From an uncultured Clostridia bacterium (GTDB taxonomy: Bacteria > Bacillota > Clostridia > Oscillospirales > Acutalibacteraceae): a DNA stretch of 64,000 bases. The stretch covers positions 1,544 through 65,543 of the forward strand of contig CALWUI010000003.1 in assembly GCA_944384705.1 (NCBI GenBank), read 5' to 3'. This document shows positions 36,357 through 46,920 of the stretch, piece after piece; position 1 is the stretch's first letter, and each line of letters starts with the position of its first letter. The notes under the pieces are model-generated. The model saw nothing but the letters and a program-made list of their open reading frames with translations. It was not told the DNA's origin and did not search any database. Position numbers and translations under genes: made by a program.

Positions 36357-37622
36357 TCAAATCTTTTTAATTTTATTCCAATAAGAATTAAAAGCTTCTT
36401 CAGTTTTATTTTGGCTAGGAATATAATACTGTATATTCTTTAGCTCTTTTGGTAGATATTGCTGAGCCACCCAGTGATTTTTAAAGTCATGCGGGTAAAG
36501 ATAAAATTGTCCTTTATTTTTTATATCTGAGCCATCATAATGTTTGTTTTGGAGTTGACGTGGAAAGGGAAAAACTTTTCCAGATGAGATATCACTCATA
36601 GCATTGTTTATTGCAACGTAAGCCGAATTCGATTTTGGCGATAAACAAACCATAATCACCGCATCAGCAAGTGGAATTCTAGCTTCTGGGAGTCCCACTT
36701 GCATGGCAATGTTTACACAGGAGTTTACAATTGGAATAATTTGTGGATATGCCAAACCAACATCTTCGCATGCACAAACCATTAACCGTCTGCAGGCAGA
36801 AATTAAATCTCCGCTGGATAATAGCCTTGCAAGATAATAAATAGCCGCATCTGGGTCGGAACCTCGCATAGATTTTTGAAAAGCAGATAATGTATCATAA
36901 TGTTCGTCACCAGTCTTATCATAACGAATATTGCCAGAAAAATTAAGTTGTGTTGCAGTTTCTATAGAAATCTCTTTTACTTTATTTTCTATAGGCGTTG
37001 ATAGGTCACACAGTTCTAAAAAATTTATAGCTCTGCGTACATCTCCGGCTGCGAGCGTAGAAATATAATTTAAAACATCGTCAGCGGCAATAATCTTGAC
37101 TTTTTCTTCTTTTTCAATAATTTTAACAGCTCTAACAAGAGCTTTTTTTATTTCGTCAACAGATACAGCTTTAAATTCAAAAATAACCGATCTACTTAAT
37201 ATCGCATTATAAATATAAAATGCAGGATTTTCTGTTGTAGATGCAATCAATGTTATTTTACCATTTTCTATAAATTCTAAGATTGTTTGCTGTTGCTTTT
37301 TATTAAAGTACTGAATCTCATCCAGATACAATAAGATCCCATTTGGAGCAGTAAATGTATCTATTTGAGCAATAATATCTTTTATATCCGAAGTAGAAGC
37401 TGTAGTCGCATTTAATTTAAATAATTTTTTACTTGTGTTGTTGGCTAAAATTTTGGCAAGAGTTGTTTTTCCAACTCCAGCTGGTCCATAAAAAATCATG
37501 TTTGGTAGCGTGCCAGAATCAATAATATTGCGCAACAATTTTCCATTGCCCAAAAGATGTTCTTGTCCAACCATATCTTCAATAGAAGTTGGGCGTATTT
37601 TATCGGAGAGCGGAGCAGACAT
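36357..37622 (-). CDS. rarA: replication-associated recombination protein A (RarA/MgsA AAA+ ATPase)
   Basis: Start at MSAPLSDKIRP. Walker A GPAGVGKTT, Walker B LYLDEIQ, MgsA C-terminal domain (DAAIYYLARLL..GD). A 9-bp hairpin at 36311-36334 lies downstream. Confidence 0.9.
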   Translation of the reverse strand: MSAPLSDKIRPTSIEDMVGQEHLLGNGKLLRNIIDSGTLPNMIFYGPAGVGKTTLAKILANNTSKKLFKLNATTASTSDIKDIIAQIDTFTAPNGILLYLDEIQYFNKKQQQTILEFIENGKITLIASTTENPAFYIYNAILSRSVIFEFKAVSVDEIKKALVRAVKIIEKEEKVKIIAADDVLNYISTLAAGDVRRAINFLELCDLSTPIENKVKEISIETATQLNFSGNIRYDKTGDEHYDTLSAFQKSMRGSDPDAAIYYLARLLSSGDLISACRRLMVCACEDVGLAYPQIIPIVNSCVNIAMQVGLPEARIPLADAVIMVCLSPKSNSAYVAINNAMSDISSGKVFPFPRQLQNKHYDGSDIKNKGQFYLYPHDFKNHWVAQQYLPKELKNIQYYIPSQNKTEEAFNSYWNKIKKI

Positions 37623-37710
37623 AATAAAGCAAAGATCCTTTCTAAATTGATTTATAACTGTAAAACATAATAGGTGGCCATTTAAATATAAAGCCACCTA
37701 TTTTTCTTGA

Positions 37711-38961
37711 TTAATTATATATAGGATATTTTTTACAAATTTCGGCCACAGAATTTTTTATGTAATCCTTTTTATTTTCAAAATCGTTAACAGCCCAGGC
37801 AATGAACTTAGCTATTTGTTTCATTTCTTCCTGGCCAAGCCCTCTAGTTGTAACTGCTGCCGTACCAATACGAATTCCGCTAGTAATAAATGGGCTGAGG
37901 GGTTCATTAGGAATCGTATTTTTATTGACAGTAATATAAACCTCGTCTAAGCGTGTTTCTAATTCTTTTCCGGTAACACCAGTACCTCGTAGATCCAACA
38001 GAGCTAAGTGGTTATCTGTTCCACCAGAAACCAAAGTTAGCCCATTATCAATCAATTCTTTAGCGAGAGTTTTACAGTTTCCTACAACTTTTTTATTATA
38101 TTCCTTAAACTCAGGAGTAAGTGCCTCACCAAAACATACAGCTTTGGCCGCAATAATATGCATTAAAGGGCCGCCCTGAGTGCCAGGGAAGATCGCTTTA
38201 TCAATTGATTTTGCATATTTTTCTTTGCATAGAATCAATCCTCCACGAGGGCCTCGCAAAGTTTTATGCGTAGTAGTTGTAACAAAATCGGCAAAAGGCA
38301 CCGGGTTAGGGTGCAGCCCGCTTGCTACAAGACCTGCAATGTGAGCCATATCTACCATAAGATAAGCTCCAACAGAATCTGCAATTTGTCTAAATTTTTT
38401 AAAATCAATTATTCTAGGGTGGGCGCTAGCACCACATACGATAAGTTTTGGAGACACTTTTTTTGCAATTTGAGCAACTTTATCATAATCGATAAAATGA
38501 GTGACAGGGTCAACACCATACTCAACAAAGTTAAAATATCTTCCAGAGATATTAACAGGAGATCCATGAGTTAAGTGACCGCCTTCAGAAAGATTCATTC
38601 CCATTACAGTGTCACCAGGTTCCAAAATAGAAAAGTATACCGCAGTGTTTGCCTGTGCGCCAGAATGCGGTTGAACATTGGCATGTTCGGCGCCAAAAAG
38701 TTGTTTTGCACGGTTTCTTGCGATGTCTTCTACAACGTCAACATATTCACAGCCACCGTAATATCTTTTTGATGGATATCCTTCTGCATACTTGTTTGTA
38801 AGAATACTGCCCATGGCGGCCATTACAGCAGGAGAAACGATATTTTCAGAGGCAATAAGCTCTAAATTTCTTCTCTGACGAGCAAGTTCATCTTTAATAG
38901 CTGCTGCAATTGGAGGATCATAAATATTTAAAAAGTCCAGATTATTTTCCACGTAGTTCAT
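37711..38961 (-). CDS. glyA: serine hydroxymethyltransferase
   Basis: LELIASEN, the PLP-Lys motif [14 protein letters not shown] and VTGKE motifs. Start at the ATG at 38961 (MNYVENN). Confidence 0.95.
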   Translation of the reverse strand: MNYVENNLDFLNIYDPPIAAAIKDELARQRRNLELIASENIVSPAVMAAMGSILTNKYAEGYPSKRYYGGCEYVDVVEDIARNRAKQLFGAEHANVQPHSGAQANTAVYFSILEPGDTVMGMNLSEGGHLTHGSPVNISGRYFNFVEYGVDPVTHFIDYDKVAQIAKKVSPKLIVCGASAHPRIIDFKKFRQIADSVGAYLMVDMAHIAGLVASGLHPNPVPFADFVTTTTHKTLRGPRGGLILCKEKYAKSIDKAIFPGTQGGPLMHIIAAKAVCFGEALTPEFKEYNKKVVGNCKTLAKELIDNGLTLVSGGTDNHLALLDLRGTGVTGKELETRLDEVYITVNKNTIPNEPLSPFITSGIRIGTAAVTTRGLGQEEMKQIAKFIAWAVNDFENKKDYIKNSVAEICKKYPIYN

Positions 38962-39119
38962 AAATAAACACATCCATAAATTTAATTTATGATTATTATA
39001 AAACATTTGATTTATTATATCAATACAGATTAATTTTACTGACGTAAATAAAAGAATTGAATATAATATATTTTGGAATATAATAGAAAAAGAGGTTTTT
39101 GAAAGAAGGATTTTTTATA

Positions 39120-40319
39120 ATGGATCATTTTTTAAGAAGAACATGGGCACAAATAGACTTGGACGCAATAAGACATAATTATTTTCAGATAAGAAATAAC
39201 ATATCGTCTAAAACTATGCTTATGTGTGTAATAAAGGCAGACGCTTATGGACATGGTGCGGTTACACTTGCAAAAGAGTACGAAAAATTAGGGGCTGATT
39301 GGTTTGCTGTTTCTAACTTAGAAGAGGCAATTCAACTTAGAAACAATGGCATAAAAAAACCTATACTGATTTTAGGGTATACTCCAACGAATATGGCTTA
39401 TAAACTTGCAAAGATGAATATTTCTCAAGCGGTTTTCTCAGAAGAATATGCGCGGGAGTTATCTAAAAATGCATCAAAAAGTAGTGTAAGAGTTAACGTC
39501 CATCTAAAAATAGATACTGGAATGAGCCGGATAGGCTTTGTTTTTAAAAATAAAGAAAAAAATTTTGATTCTATAGAGCAGTTAAAAAAGGTATGTGAGC
39601 TAGATAGTTTAAAAGTAGAAGGCATATTTACTCACTTTGCTGTGGCTGATGAACCAGGTGAAAGCATTATTGCTACAAATGAACAAATTTCTTCTTTTAA
39701 TGCAGTTTGCAAGGATTTAGAATATAGCGGAATAGATATAAAAATTCGGCATTGTAGCAACAGTGGCGGAATTTTAAACTATCCGCAGGCAAATTTTGAT
39801 ATGGTAAGGGCAGGAATAATTTTGTATGGGCTTTTTCCATCAAATTACGCCAAAAATAAATTGGATCTTTTGCCAGCTATGAGTTTAAAAACTGTTGCAT
39901 CACAGGTAAAAATTGTAGATGTTGGGACGGCAGTTAGTTACGGAGGAAGTTTTGTCACAAAAAGAAAAACTAAAATTGCTACAGTTCCAATAGGTTATGC
40001 CGACGGATATTTGAGAGCGTTCTCCAGCAAAGCATATATGCTTGTAAATGGACAAAGTGCTCCAGTAATCGGCAGAGTTTGTATGGATCAGACTATGTTA
40101 GACATAACTGATATTGAAAATGTAAAAGAAAATACAATAGTTACTGTTTTTGGCAAAGATAACGGAGCAGAGATAAAAGTTGAAGAATTGGCAGAATTTG
40201 CTCACACAATTAATTACGAGATTTTATGCCTAATAAGCAAACGCATTCCGAGAATTTATATAAAAAATGGAGAAAAAATTGGTCAATTAAACTATATTTG
40301 TCCGGCATCTCCTTTTTAA
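39120..40319 (+). CDS. alr: alanine racemase
   Basis: PLP-Lys motif VIKADAYGHG and C-terminal VSYGG..., GRVCMDQ motifs. Start at the ATG at 39120. Confidence 0.92.
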   Translation: MDHFLRRTWAQIDLDAIRHNYFQIRNNISSKTMLMCVIKADAYGHGAVTLAKEYEKLGADWFAVSNLEEAIQLRNNGIKKPILILGYTPTNMAYKLAKMNISQAVFSEEYARELSKNASKSSVRVNVHLKIDTGMSRIGFVFKNKEKNFDSIEQLKKVCELDSLKVEGIFTHFAVADEPGESIIATNEQISSFNAVCKDLEYSGIDIKIRHCSNSGGILNYPQANFDMVRAGIILYGLFPSNYAKNKLDLLPAMSLKTVASQVKIVDVGTAVSYGGSFVTKRKTKIATVPIGYADGYLRAFSSKAYMLVNGQSAPVIGRVCMDQTMLDITDIENVKENTIVTVFGKDNGAEIKVEELAEFAHTINYEILCLISKRIPRIYIKNGEKIGQLNYICPASPF

Positions 40320-40352
40320 AAGCTTGTAAAAAGAGCAATATACAAAAAATGT

Positions 40353-40381
40353 TTGCATCATGCACAAAAATATGATATAAT
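40353..40381 (+). promoter_or_regulatory. sigma-A promoter with extended -10 upstream of the AAA+ gene
   Basis: TTGCAT (40353-40358), 17-nt spacer, TGATATAAT (TATAAT at 40376-40381). Confidence 0.55.
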
Positions 40382-40418
40382 TTTGTTAATTAAGCTTTAC
40401 TAAAGGATGGGTATTTTT

Positions 40419-42104
40419 ATGAAAAAATTTTTATCAGCATTTTTAGCGCTGACCTTATTTATGTGTGGTGAAACTAAAAGTTTTGCAGAGAATAATATCA
40501 CTGCAGCAAACGTACTAGGCAACAGTGAAGAAAATGATGAAGAACTTACTTTCTTGGGTGAACTTTTTGGAAATAGGGGCATTTTTTATTCCACTATTAA
40601 TGGAACAAAAAATATTGTAAACCGCGCTATAAACAGTATAGAAAAATTTGGTCAGCTTGGGTTTAGACTTAGTGGAATTAGCTACGGATTATCTGCACTT
40701 ATGTCTTTATATGTTTCAGCAAAAAGTTTGTACGACAAAATAAAATTGAGATTTTCAAAAATTAACCAAGATGTGGATGTTGTAAATGAAGCATTTGATA
40801 AAGAATTGCAGTGCATTAAAGGTCAAGATAAAGCAAAAAAGCGAATGAAAGAGATTGTAGCTTCGGTTATTGATGCTAGAAACGAGGCAAAAGAAAACAA
40901 TAAACCATATGGCAAAGGTGACATTATATATATGATTGGGCCATCGGGTGTTGGTAAAACTTTCTCTGCAGAGTGCTTGGCTAGAGCTATAATGGGTGCT
41001 AACGCTCAGCCGGTCAGAATAGATTCGTCTTGCTTTGAAAAAGACTCGACTACAAGCGTAAAAAGCCAGATTCTTTATATGAGAGAACAACAAAGAAATA
41101 CCAGTGCCTCAAGCTACTATTATGTGGATAACTCAATTGCTGCGCAGATAGCCTCGAATCCCAATACTGTACTTATATTTGATGAATACGATAAATGGTG
41201 TACGCCAGATACTGATGAATTTCTTAGAGCTATTATGGATAAAGGTGTAATCTATAGAGATGGAGAAAAGATAGATTGTTCTGGTATACTGGTTATAGTC
41301 ATTTCGAATGAGGATATTTCTTCTGTAACGGCAGGAAATAACTGCGGTGTTTTTAAGGATGACGGGACAGGTTCTAGAACCCATAATGTACATGATAAAT
41401 CATTTTTAAATAGATTGAATATCATAGAATTTGAAAATTTAAGTGAGGATGATTATGAGTTAATCACTCAGTATCAATTGAAAATTATAGCTGATAGGTA
41501 TCAAAAATTGTTCTCGATAAATTTGGATTTTGGCGATACGGCAAGAAAAATTGCAATTGCCACAGCTAGAAGAAATCAGGGCGCTAGAGAAATAGAAAAA
41601 ATACTTGCAAGCCTAAAAATGGAAGTAATCTCTGCAAGGCAGGATAGTAAAAAATCTTTAGGATTATTTGAGCATAGATTTTTTAAAATTAATTATGACT
41701 GCGATAATGATAGATTTACTGTAAAAGAAAAAAATAACGAAGAATTTGATAGTGCAGAAGATCTAGAAAATAAAATTGTAAACAGAACACCAACGCTGGA
41801 AAAAAGTAAACGACGTGTTGAAATTTCATTAGAAAATAAGTCTGAGAAAACTCCTATGCAAACTTCTAAACAGGAAGTTAAAAAGCAAATTGAAGAAAGT
41901 CAGAATGAAAATACTGATAACTTGAGTTTAGAAAATATTGACGATGTTGAAAGATCAGCACATGCAAAGGTTTCAGCAGAGAATTCAACATTTGTAAAAC
42001 TTGAAGATGAGAATTTAACAGGGAATATATCAAAATTAACAGAAAAAAATTCAAATTTAATTGAATCAAGATGTGTTGAGCAAATTTTTTCTGTTGTGGA
42101 CTGA
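40419..42104 (+). CDS. membrane-anchored single-domain AAA+ ATPase of the ClpA/B-D2 (AAA_2 plus D2-small) type
   Basis: N-terminal signal-like helix MKKFLSAFLALTLFMCG and a second hydrophobic helix (GISYGLSALMSLYVSA). Then IKGQDKAK, Walker A GPSGVGKT, Walker B VLIFDEYDKW, sensor-1 VIVISN, a D2-small-like FLNRLNIIEF..L and GAREIEK. Low-complexity acidic C-terminal tail. Confidence 0.65.
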   Translation: MKKFLSAFLALTLFMCGETKSFAENNITAANVLGNSEENDEELTFLGELFGNRGIFYSTINGTKNIVNRAINSIEKFGQLGFRLSGISYGLSALMSLYVSAKSLYDKIKLRFSKINQDVDVVNEAFDKELQCIKGQDKAKKRMKEIVASVIDARNEAKENNKPYGKGDIIYMIGPSGVGKTFSAECLARAIMGANAQPVRIDSSCFEKDSTTSVKSQILYMREQQRNTSASSYYYVDNSIAAQIASNPNTVLIFDEYDKWCTPDTDEFLRAIMDKGVIYRDGEKIDCSGILVIVISNEDISSVTAGNNCGVFKDDGTGSRTHNVHDKSFLNRLNIIEFENLSEDDYELITQYQLKIIADRYQKLFSINLDFGDTARKIAIATARRNQGAREIEKILASLKMEVISARQDSKKSLGLFEHRFFKINYDCDNDRFTVKEKNNEEFDSAEDLENKIVNRTPTLEKSKRRVEISLENKSEKTPMQTSKQEVKKQIEESQNENTDNLSLENIDDVERSAHAKVSAENSTFVKLEDENLTGNISKLTEKNSNLIESRCVEQIFSVVD

Positions 42105-42109
42105 ATTAA

Positions 42110-42141
42110 GAAGCCCCATTTACTTAAGTAAGTGGGGCTTC
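42110..42141. terminator. bidirectional terminator (near-perfect 32-nt palindrome)
   Basis: GAAGCCCCATTTACTT/AAGTAAGTGGGGCTTC lies between convergent genes. Confidence 0.7.
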
Positions 42142-42184
42142 TATTATATATAAATAAATACGATTTGTTTGTTTGAAATTTTTA

Positions 42185-42610
42185 TTAGTTGCTAAACCTA
42201 AAGCTAAAAGATAGAGGATAGCGCATAAAAGTTAAAGTTAGAAGTGCAAAAAATGAAAGAATAGCAGCAATTATTAGCCAGATCAACATAGAACGTGCAT
42301 AAGCCTTTAGATTATCATTTATGTCATTTTTTAACGACCAATAAATTATAAAGAAAATATTTAAAATAGGAATTAAAAATAAAACTTGAATTAAAAAGAA
42401 ATTTACAGTAGTTAATGGTTTACTGTGTCTAGTTGAAAGAGAATTTTTATCTGGGTTATAGGTGCTAGAATTACAATATTCAGAGTGATTTTTTTTGTTA
42501 ATTGAATCCGAATTAAAAGTGGTATCTTCAGTAATATCGAGTTTAAATCCGCAATTGCTACATACTTTTAGGCCTTCAGGGAGTTCTTTACCACAATTTG
42601 TACAGAACAT
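42185..42610 (-). CDS. zinc-ribbon membrane protein
   Basis: N-terminal CTNCG...CSNCG zinc ribbon, then a linker and two TM helices. Confidence 0.6.
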   Translation of the reverse strand: MFCTNCGKELPEGLKVCSNCGFKLDITEDTTFNSDSINKKNHSEYCNSSTYNPDKNSLSTRHSKPLTTVNFFLIQVLFLIPILNIFFIIYWSLKNDINDNLKAYARSMLIWLIIAAILSFFALLTLTFMRYPLSFSFRFSN

Positions 42611-42752
42611 TTTTAAACCTCCTTTAAATTATTTTTTATTATATATTTATATTTAAAATTTTTCAACTAAAATATAAATTTATTAATATAGTCTCCAGTT
42701 TTTTTTTTAGTATATAATATATTAAAGAATTTTTTTGGGGAGGAATTAATGT

Positions 42753-43304
42753 TTGAAAAAATCCAATACATATAAATTAGTTATGACTAGTATTATGTCG
42801 GCGTTTGTCTTGATTTCTACATTTTTAGGAGTTGTAATACCTATAGGTAATTCTAGCACAACATTTCATCTTGGAAATATAACTTGTTTGTTATCAGGAG
42901 TAATTCTGGGTCCATTTTATGGAGGACTATCTGCAGCAATTGGGTCAACTCTTTTTGATATTTTAAACCCTATTTATATTACTTCCCTTCCATTTACCTT
43001 TATTTTTAAGTTTATTATGGCATTTGTGTGTGGATATATTTCACAAAAAAATAAAAAAAATGATAAAGATTATTTTTATGATATAGTGGGAGCGGTTTTG
43101 GGCAGTTTAATTTATATAACGCTTAGAGCAATGAAAGTGCTAATAGTCAATTTATATTTGTTAAAAATGGAATTTTTGACTGCATTATTATTTACGCTGA
43201 ATGGAACATTAATTTCTTTGATAAAAACGGTGTTTACAATCATTTTTCTTGCAATGATACTTCCATTGTTAAGAGAAAAGCTAAAAGAAAATAATTTTCA
43301 ATAA
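42753..43304 (+). CDS. ECF-transporter S component-like membrane protein (substrate unknown)
   Basis: 183 aa, 5-6 TM helices, Gly-rich helix pattern (GNITCLLSGVILGPFYGGLSAAIGS). TTG start 9 nt after GGGGAGG. Confidence 0.6.
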   Translation: MKKSNTYKLVMTSIMSAFVLISTFLGVVIPIGNSSTTFHLGNITCLLSGVILGPFYGGLSAAIGSTLFDILNPIYITSLPFTFIFKFIMAFVCGYISQKNKKNDKDYFYDIVGAVLGSLIYITLRAMKVLIVNLYLLKMEFLTALLFTLNGTLISLIKTVFTIIFLAMILPLLREKLKENNFQ

Positions 43305-43407
43305 TACATGACTCTTTTTCACAAAAACTTTTATTGTTTTTTCTCTAATATATACTAAATTTAATAAGATTTGTTTAAAATTATGTTAGAAATAAGGGAA
43401 TGATAAA

Positions 43408-44523
43408 ATGAAAAAACTTTTTTCTTTAATACTAGCGGCAATTTTTATGTTTTTCTCTTTTGATAATAGATTTCAAACGTACTCAGAAACTGAGAACCAA
43501 AAGTTGCGAATAGGCTATGTTGAAAGTGAACGACTAGATAATTTTTCTCGAAATTTATCTGGAATATTAGCAAGCTTTATAGATTTAGGACTAATTAATA
43601 GCAGTTATAAAGTAGATCTAAACGAGCTGGATACTTTAAAGATTTGGAACGATATCTGTGATAATTATAGCTCAGATAAAATTGAGCTTGTAAAGAATAT
43701 GTACTTTAATGTAAAAGAAATGTCAGAAAGTGAATACTCTCAAATGGTGAATAGAGATGATGTTGATCTTATTATCGCAATGGGAACTGTTGCTGGAAAG
43801 TATTTTCTTGAGAATGAAACAAAAAACAAATTTATGGTGTTTGCATGTGCAGATCCGGTTTCTGCAGGGATAATCAAAAGTGAAATAGAACGCTATACAG
43901 ATAATTCTTTTGCTCATCTAGACAGAACCCGTTATGAAAGACAGATAATTGCTAGTCACAATATTTTAAAATTTAAAAAGATAGGTGTAGTTTATCAGGA
44001 TACTGCAGAGGCATTTTCTTATTCCGCTATAGACAAATTAAGAAAACTTTCTGCTGAACTGAACTTTGAAATTGTAGAAAAACATGTTGTAGAATCTCAA
44101 AACGAAAATGACTACGATAGATATTATAAAGATTTAAAACAAGCTTATAAAGAATTGGTAGAAGAGGGGATAGATAGCTTATATATAACTACTGCCACAA
44201 TTGAAAATGATAAGTTGTTGGGTTTATTAGAACCAGATATTTATGCCAATAATATTCCTACAATTGCACAGTTTAGTGAAGAACAGGTTGAATACGGTGC
44301 GTTGATGGGTTTTGTAATAAATGACGCTATGGAACAAGGATATTTTGCTGCAACTCAAATAAAAGCCTATCTAGAGGGGACTCCTTTTAATCAGTTAGAA
44401 CAAGTCAATGATGACACACCTAAAATGTCTTTAAATTATGACATTGCTAAACAAATAAAATTAAAAATTCCATTCTCAACGTTGCTAATTATTGATAAAA
44501 TATATTCTGATGAAAGTAAATAG
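43408..44523 (+). CDS. secreted substrate-binding protein of the ABC_sub_bind (PF04392-like) type
   Basis: Signal peptide, then DLIIAMGT...FACADPV and KKIGVVY family-like motifs. Confidence 0.7.
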   Translation: MKKLFSLILAAIFMFFSFDNRFQTYSETENQKLRIGYVESERLDNFSRNLSGILASFIDLGLINSSYKVDLNELDTLKIWNDICDNYSSDKIELVKNMYFNVKEMSESEYSQMVNRDDVDLIIAMGTVAGKYFLENETKNKFMVFACADPVSAGIIKSEIERYTDNSFAHLDRTRYERQIIASHNILKFKKIGVVYQDTAEAFSYSAIDKLRKLSAELNFEIVEKHVVESQNENDYDRYYKDLKQAYKELVEEGIDSLYITTATIENDKLLGLLEPDIYANNIPTIAQFSEEQVEYGALMGFVINDAMEQGYFAATQIKAYLEGTPFNQLEQVNDDTPKMSLNYDIAKQIKLKIPFSTLLIIDKIYSDESK

Positions 44524-44538
44524 TTAGGAGAAAATAAA

Positions 44539-46815
44539 ATGAGTAATAAGTTATCATATTCTAGGTTCTTAATAATTTTTATTGTGGTTGCAGTTCCATT
44601 AGTATTTTTATCCTCAGTATTAAATGTTATGTCGTATTCAAACATGATAACTGAGGTTTATGTAAATGCAAACTCTACAAGTACAATAGGTACAGTTCAG
44701 CGGATAAATTACTCTTTAAGCTTTGGCAAGACTATAGAGAAGTTTTATGGTTTAGAAGACTTATTAAACGATACGTTAATCATATCTGAACATATAATAA
44801 GTGTTAATGTTATAAACTCTAAAAACGAAGTTATTTCTTCAGTTGGGCAAAGTGACGTTAAAATTCCTGAAACCTTAACAACGGAAAACTACGTTAGCAA
44901 TGGTTCTGGGATATTTTGTGCTGTACCTATTAATGACGAACATAGGATAGTTTTATTGCTTTCTACAAAGTACGTAAATGATTTAACTTTTGAATATATT
45001 AAATCAATTTTAATAACAGGTGCAATTATTTTATTAGCTATAATTTTAGTTACTTTTACTATATATAATGTTATTGCTAAAAATAGTATAATTGGTGGAG
45101 TATCTATAAGGTCATTTAAAAATTTATTGATGACTTCACTTATATTTTCTCAGGTAGCCCTTGGTGGCTATGTTCTTTCTAATTACACAAATGAATACCA
45201 AAAGTCTTTAAGCGAAATGGTGCATATTGTTTCGAATGTTATCGATAGAGATATTGAATATGTTGTTAATCAAGGAGTCCCGTTCGGAGAGTTAACAGGT
45301 ATAGAAGACTATTTAGAAAATATCTGCGGCAATATAGAAGAACTTGTAAAAATAAGTGTAACTGATTCACATCAGAGAAGCTATCAAACTAAAAACAATT
45401 TTATATCGAATAAAATTCAAATTTCAGACCAGGATTATTATATTAACGTTGAGTATAAGGTTAATCAAGATCTTATAAATAAAAATATAATTAATCTTTT
45501 AATAGAAGCTTTAATTTTGATTGTTGTTACTATATTGATATCTATTGAAATTAGCTTGTTTATTAGCAATTCTCAAAGCAAGAAAAGAAATGAGTTGAAA
45601 AACCAGCAAGAAAAAATTATAAAAGAACAAAGTATTAGCCAGAGTGGAATAAGAATATTTTACTTTGTATTATTTTTAGCTTTAGGTCTAGATTCCAGCT
45701 TTGTGTCTATTGTTTCATATCAACTATTTAATAAATTGGGTTCTGCCTCTAACTTTTTAGTGAGCTTACCAACTACAATAAGTGCGGTAGCTACTATAGC
45801 TGGATTATTAGTTTGTCTGTTTATTGTGAGCAAAATAGGAGTACAAAAACTAATAATATTTGGATCAATATTAGCAGCAGGAGGGTCATTACTATCTGGC
45901 TTTTGTGATGATTTATTTAAATTTTCAGTTGCAAGAGGGATTTTAGGACTAGGAATGGCAGCTCTAATTTCTTCTACAAAATTATGTGCAATATTCGAAA
46001 AAGATGCTGATTTGAGGGTTAAGCTTTTGGCTACAGTTGCTGCGGGCAAAATCGCTGGCCAAAGTTGTGGAATCGTTATTGGTGGTCTTATTTCAGAACG
46101 ATTGTCATATTTTTTTGTATTTATTTTAGAATCCATTTTAGTTCTAGTAAGTATCTTGCTTGTTGGAATTACCAATTTAAAAAGCAGCAATGACAATCAA
46201 AAAAGTTTTTCTTTTGCTAATTTAATAGACATCTTTAAATCAGTAAAAATAATTATGTATATACTTTTAATAATAATTCCAATATATATGGCAAGCATTT
46301 TTGTTTCTTATTGCATACCATTATATGGTAATGAAATCTCACTTTCGCAGTCTTTAATATCTGGTTTGATGATGTTAAATTTTATGCTCAGTGCTTACAC
46401 TTCTGGAATAGAAAGTAGGCTGACTATGAATTTGATTGGAGTACAAAAATCTACATTCTTATATATTTTGTTTATTGTGCTTTCAATTGGAATATTTTCT
46501 GTATTTAATAATTTAGCTGTAGCAATAGTTGCAATAGTTTTATTAGGAATTGCAGATGGATTTGGATTAAATGTAATTTTTGAAGAAATATATATAATTC
46601 AACCAAAGATTGACAAGATAACAGTTACATTTTTATTTTTGCTTGCCTCTAAAGTTGGTGAGGCAATTGCTCCAGCTTTGGTTTCTTCCAATATCGGAGA
46701 AGGGATTTCAAAAGCTTCAGCAATTCTAATCTATGTAATAGCAGGCGGTACAATATTATACTTTTTGTTCTCACTGTTTAATCGTATATTTAACAAAAAA
46801 ATAGAACATGTATAA
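44539..46815 (+). CDS. large membrane protein: N-terminal TM-flanked extracytoplasmic sensor-like region fused to an MFS-type 12-TM domain
   Basis: 758 aa. TM1 about aa 10-32, a loop of about 130 aa, further TM helices and a soluble insert, then about 12 TM helices with MFS-like loops (ARGILGLGMA). Starts 15 nt after the SBP gene. Confidence 0.6.
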   Translation: MSNKLSYSRFLIIFIVVAVPLVFLSSVLNVMSYSNMITEVYVNANSTSTIGTVQRINYSLSFGKTIEKFYGLEDLLNDTLIISEHIISVNVINSKNEVISSVGQSDVKIPETLTTENYVSNGSGIFCAVPINDEHRIVLLLSTKYVNDLTFEYIKSILITGAIILLAIILVTFTIYNVIAKNSIIGGVSIRSFKNLLMTSLIFSQVALGGYVLSNYTNEYQKSLSEMVHIVSNVIDRDIEYVVNQGVPFGELTGIEDYLENICGNIEELVKISVTDSHQRSYQTKNNFISNKIQISDQDYYINVEYKVNQDLINKNIINLLIEALILIVVTILISIEISLFISNSQSKKRNELKNQQEKIIKEQSISQSGIRIFYFVLFLALGLDSSFVSIVSYQLFNKLGSASNFLVSLPTTISAVATIAGLLVCLFIVSKIGVQKLIIFGSILAAGGSLLSGFCDDLFKFSVARGILGLGMAALISSTKLCAIFEKDADLRVKLLATVAAGKIAGQSCGIVIGGLISERLSYFFVFILESILVLVSILLVGITNLKSSNDNQKSFSFANLIDIFKSVKIIMYILLIIIPIYMASIFVSYCIPLYGNEISLSQSLISGLMMLNFMLSAYTSGIESRLTMNLIGVQKSTFLYILFIVLSIGIFSVFNNLAVAIVAIVLLGIADGFGLNVIFEEIYIIQPKIDKITVTFLFLLASKVGEAIAPALVSSNIGEGISKASAILIYVIAGGTILYFLFSLFNRIFNKKIEHV

Positions 46816-46893
46816 AATATGCATGTCGAATTTGGAATTAACTATTTTGTTCTCTTAATTGTTTTGGTATCTAGCTTGTAAATACAAATCAAA

Positions 46894-46920
46894 AAGTTGC
46901 CTCTCTTGGCAACTTTTTTT
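46894..46920. terminator. bidirectional terminator between the MFS-fusion gene and tRNA-Tyr
   Basis: AAGTTGCC-TCTCTT-GGCAACTT hairpin flanked by AAAAA and TTTTT. Confidence 0.65.
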
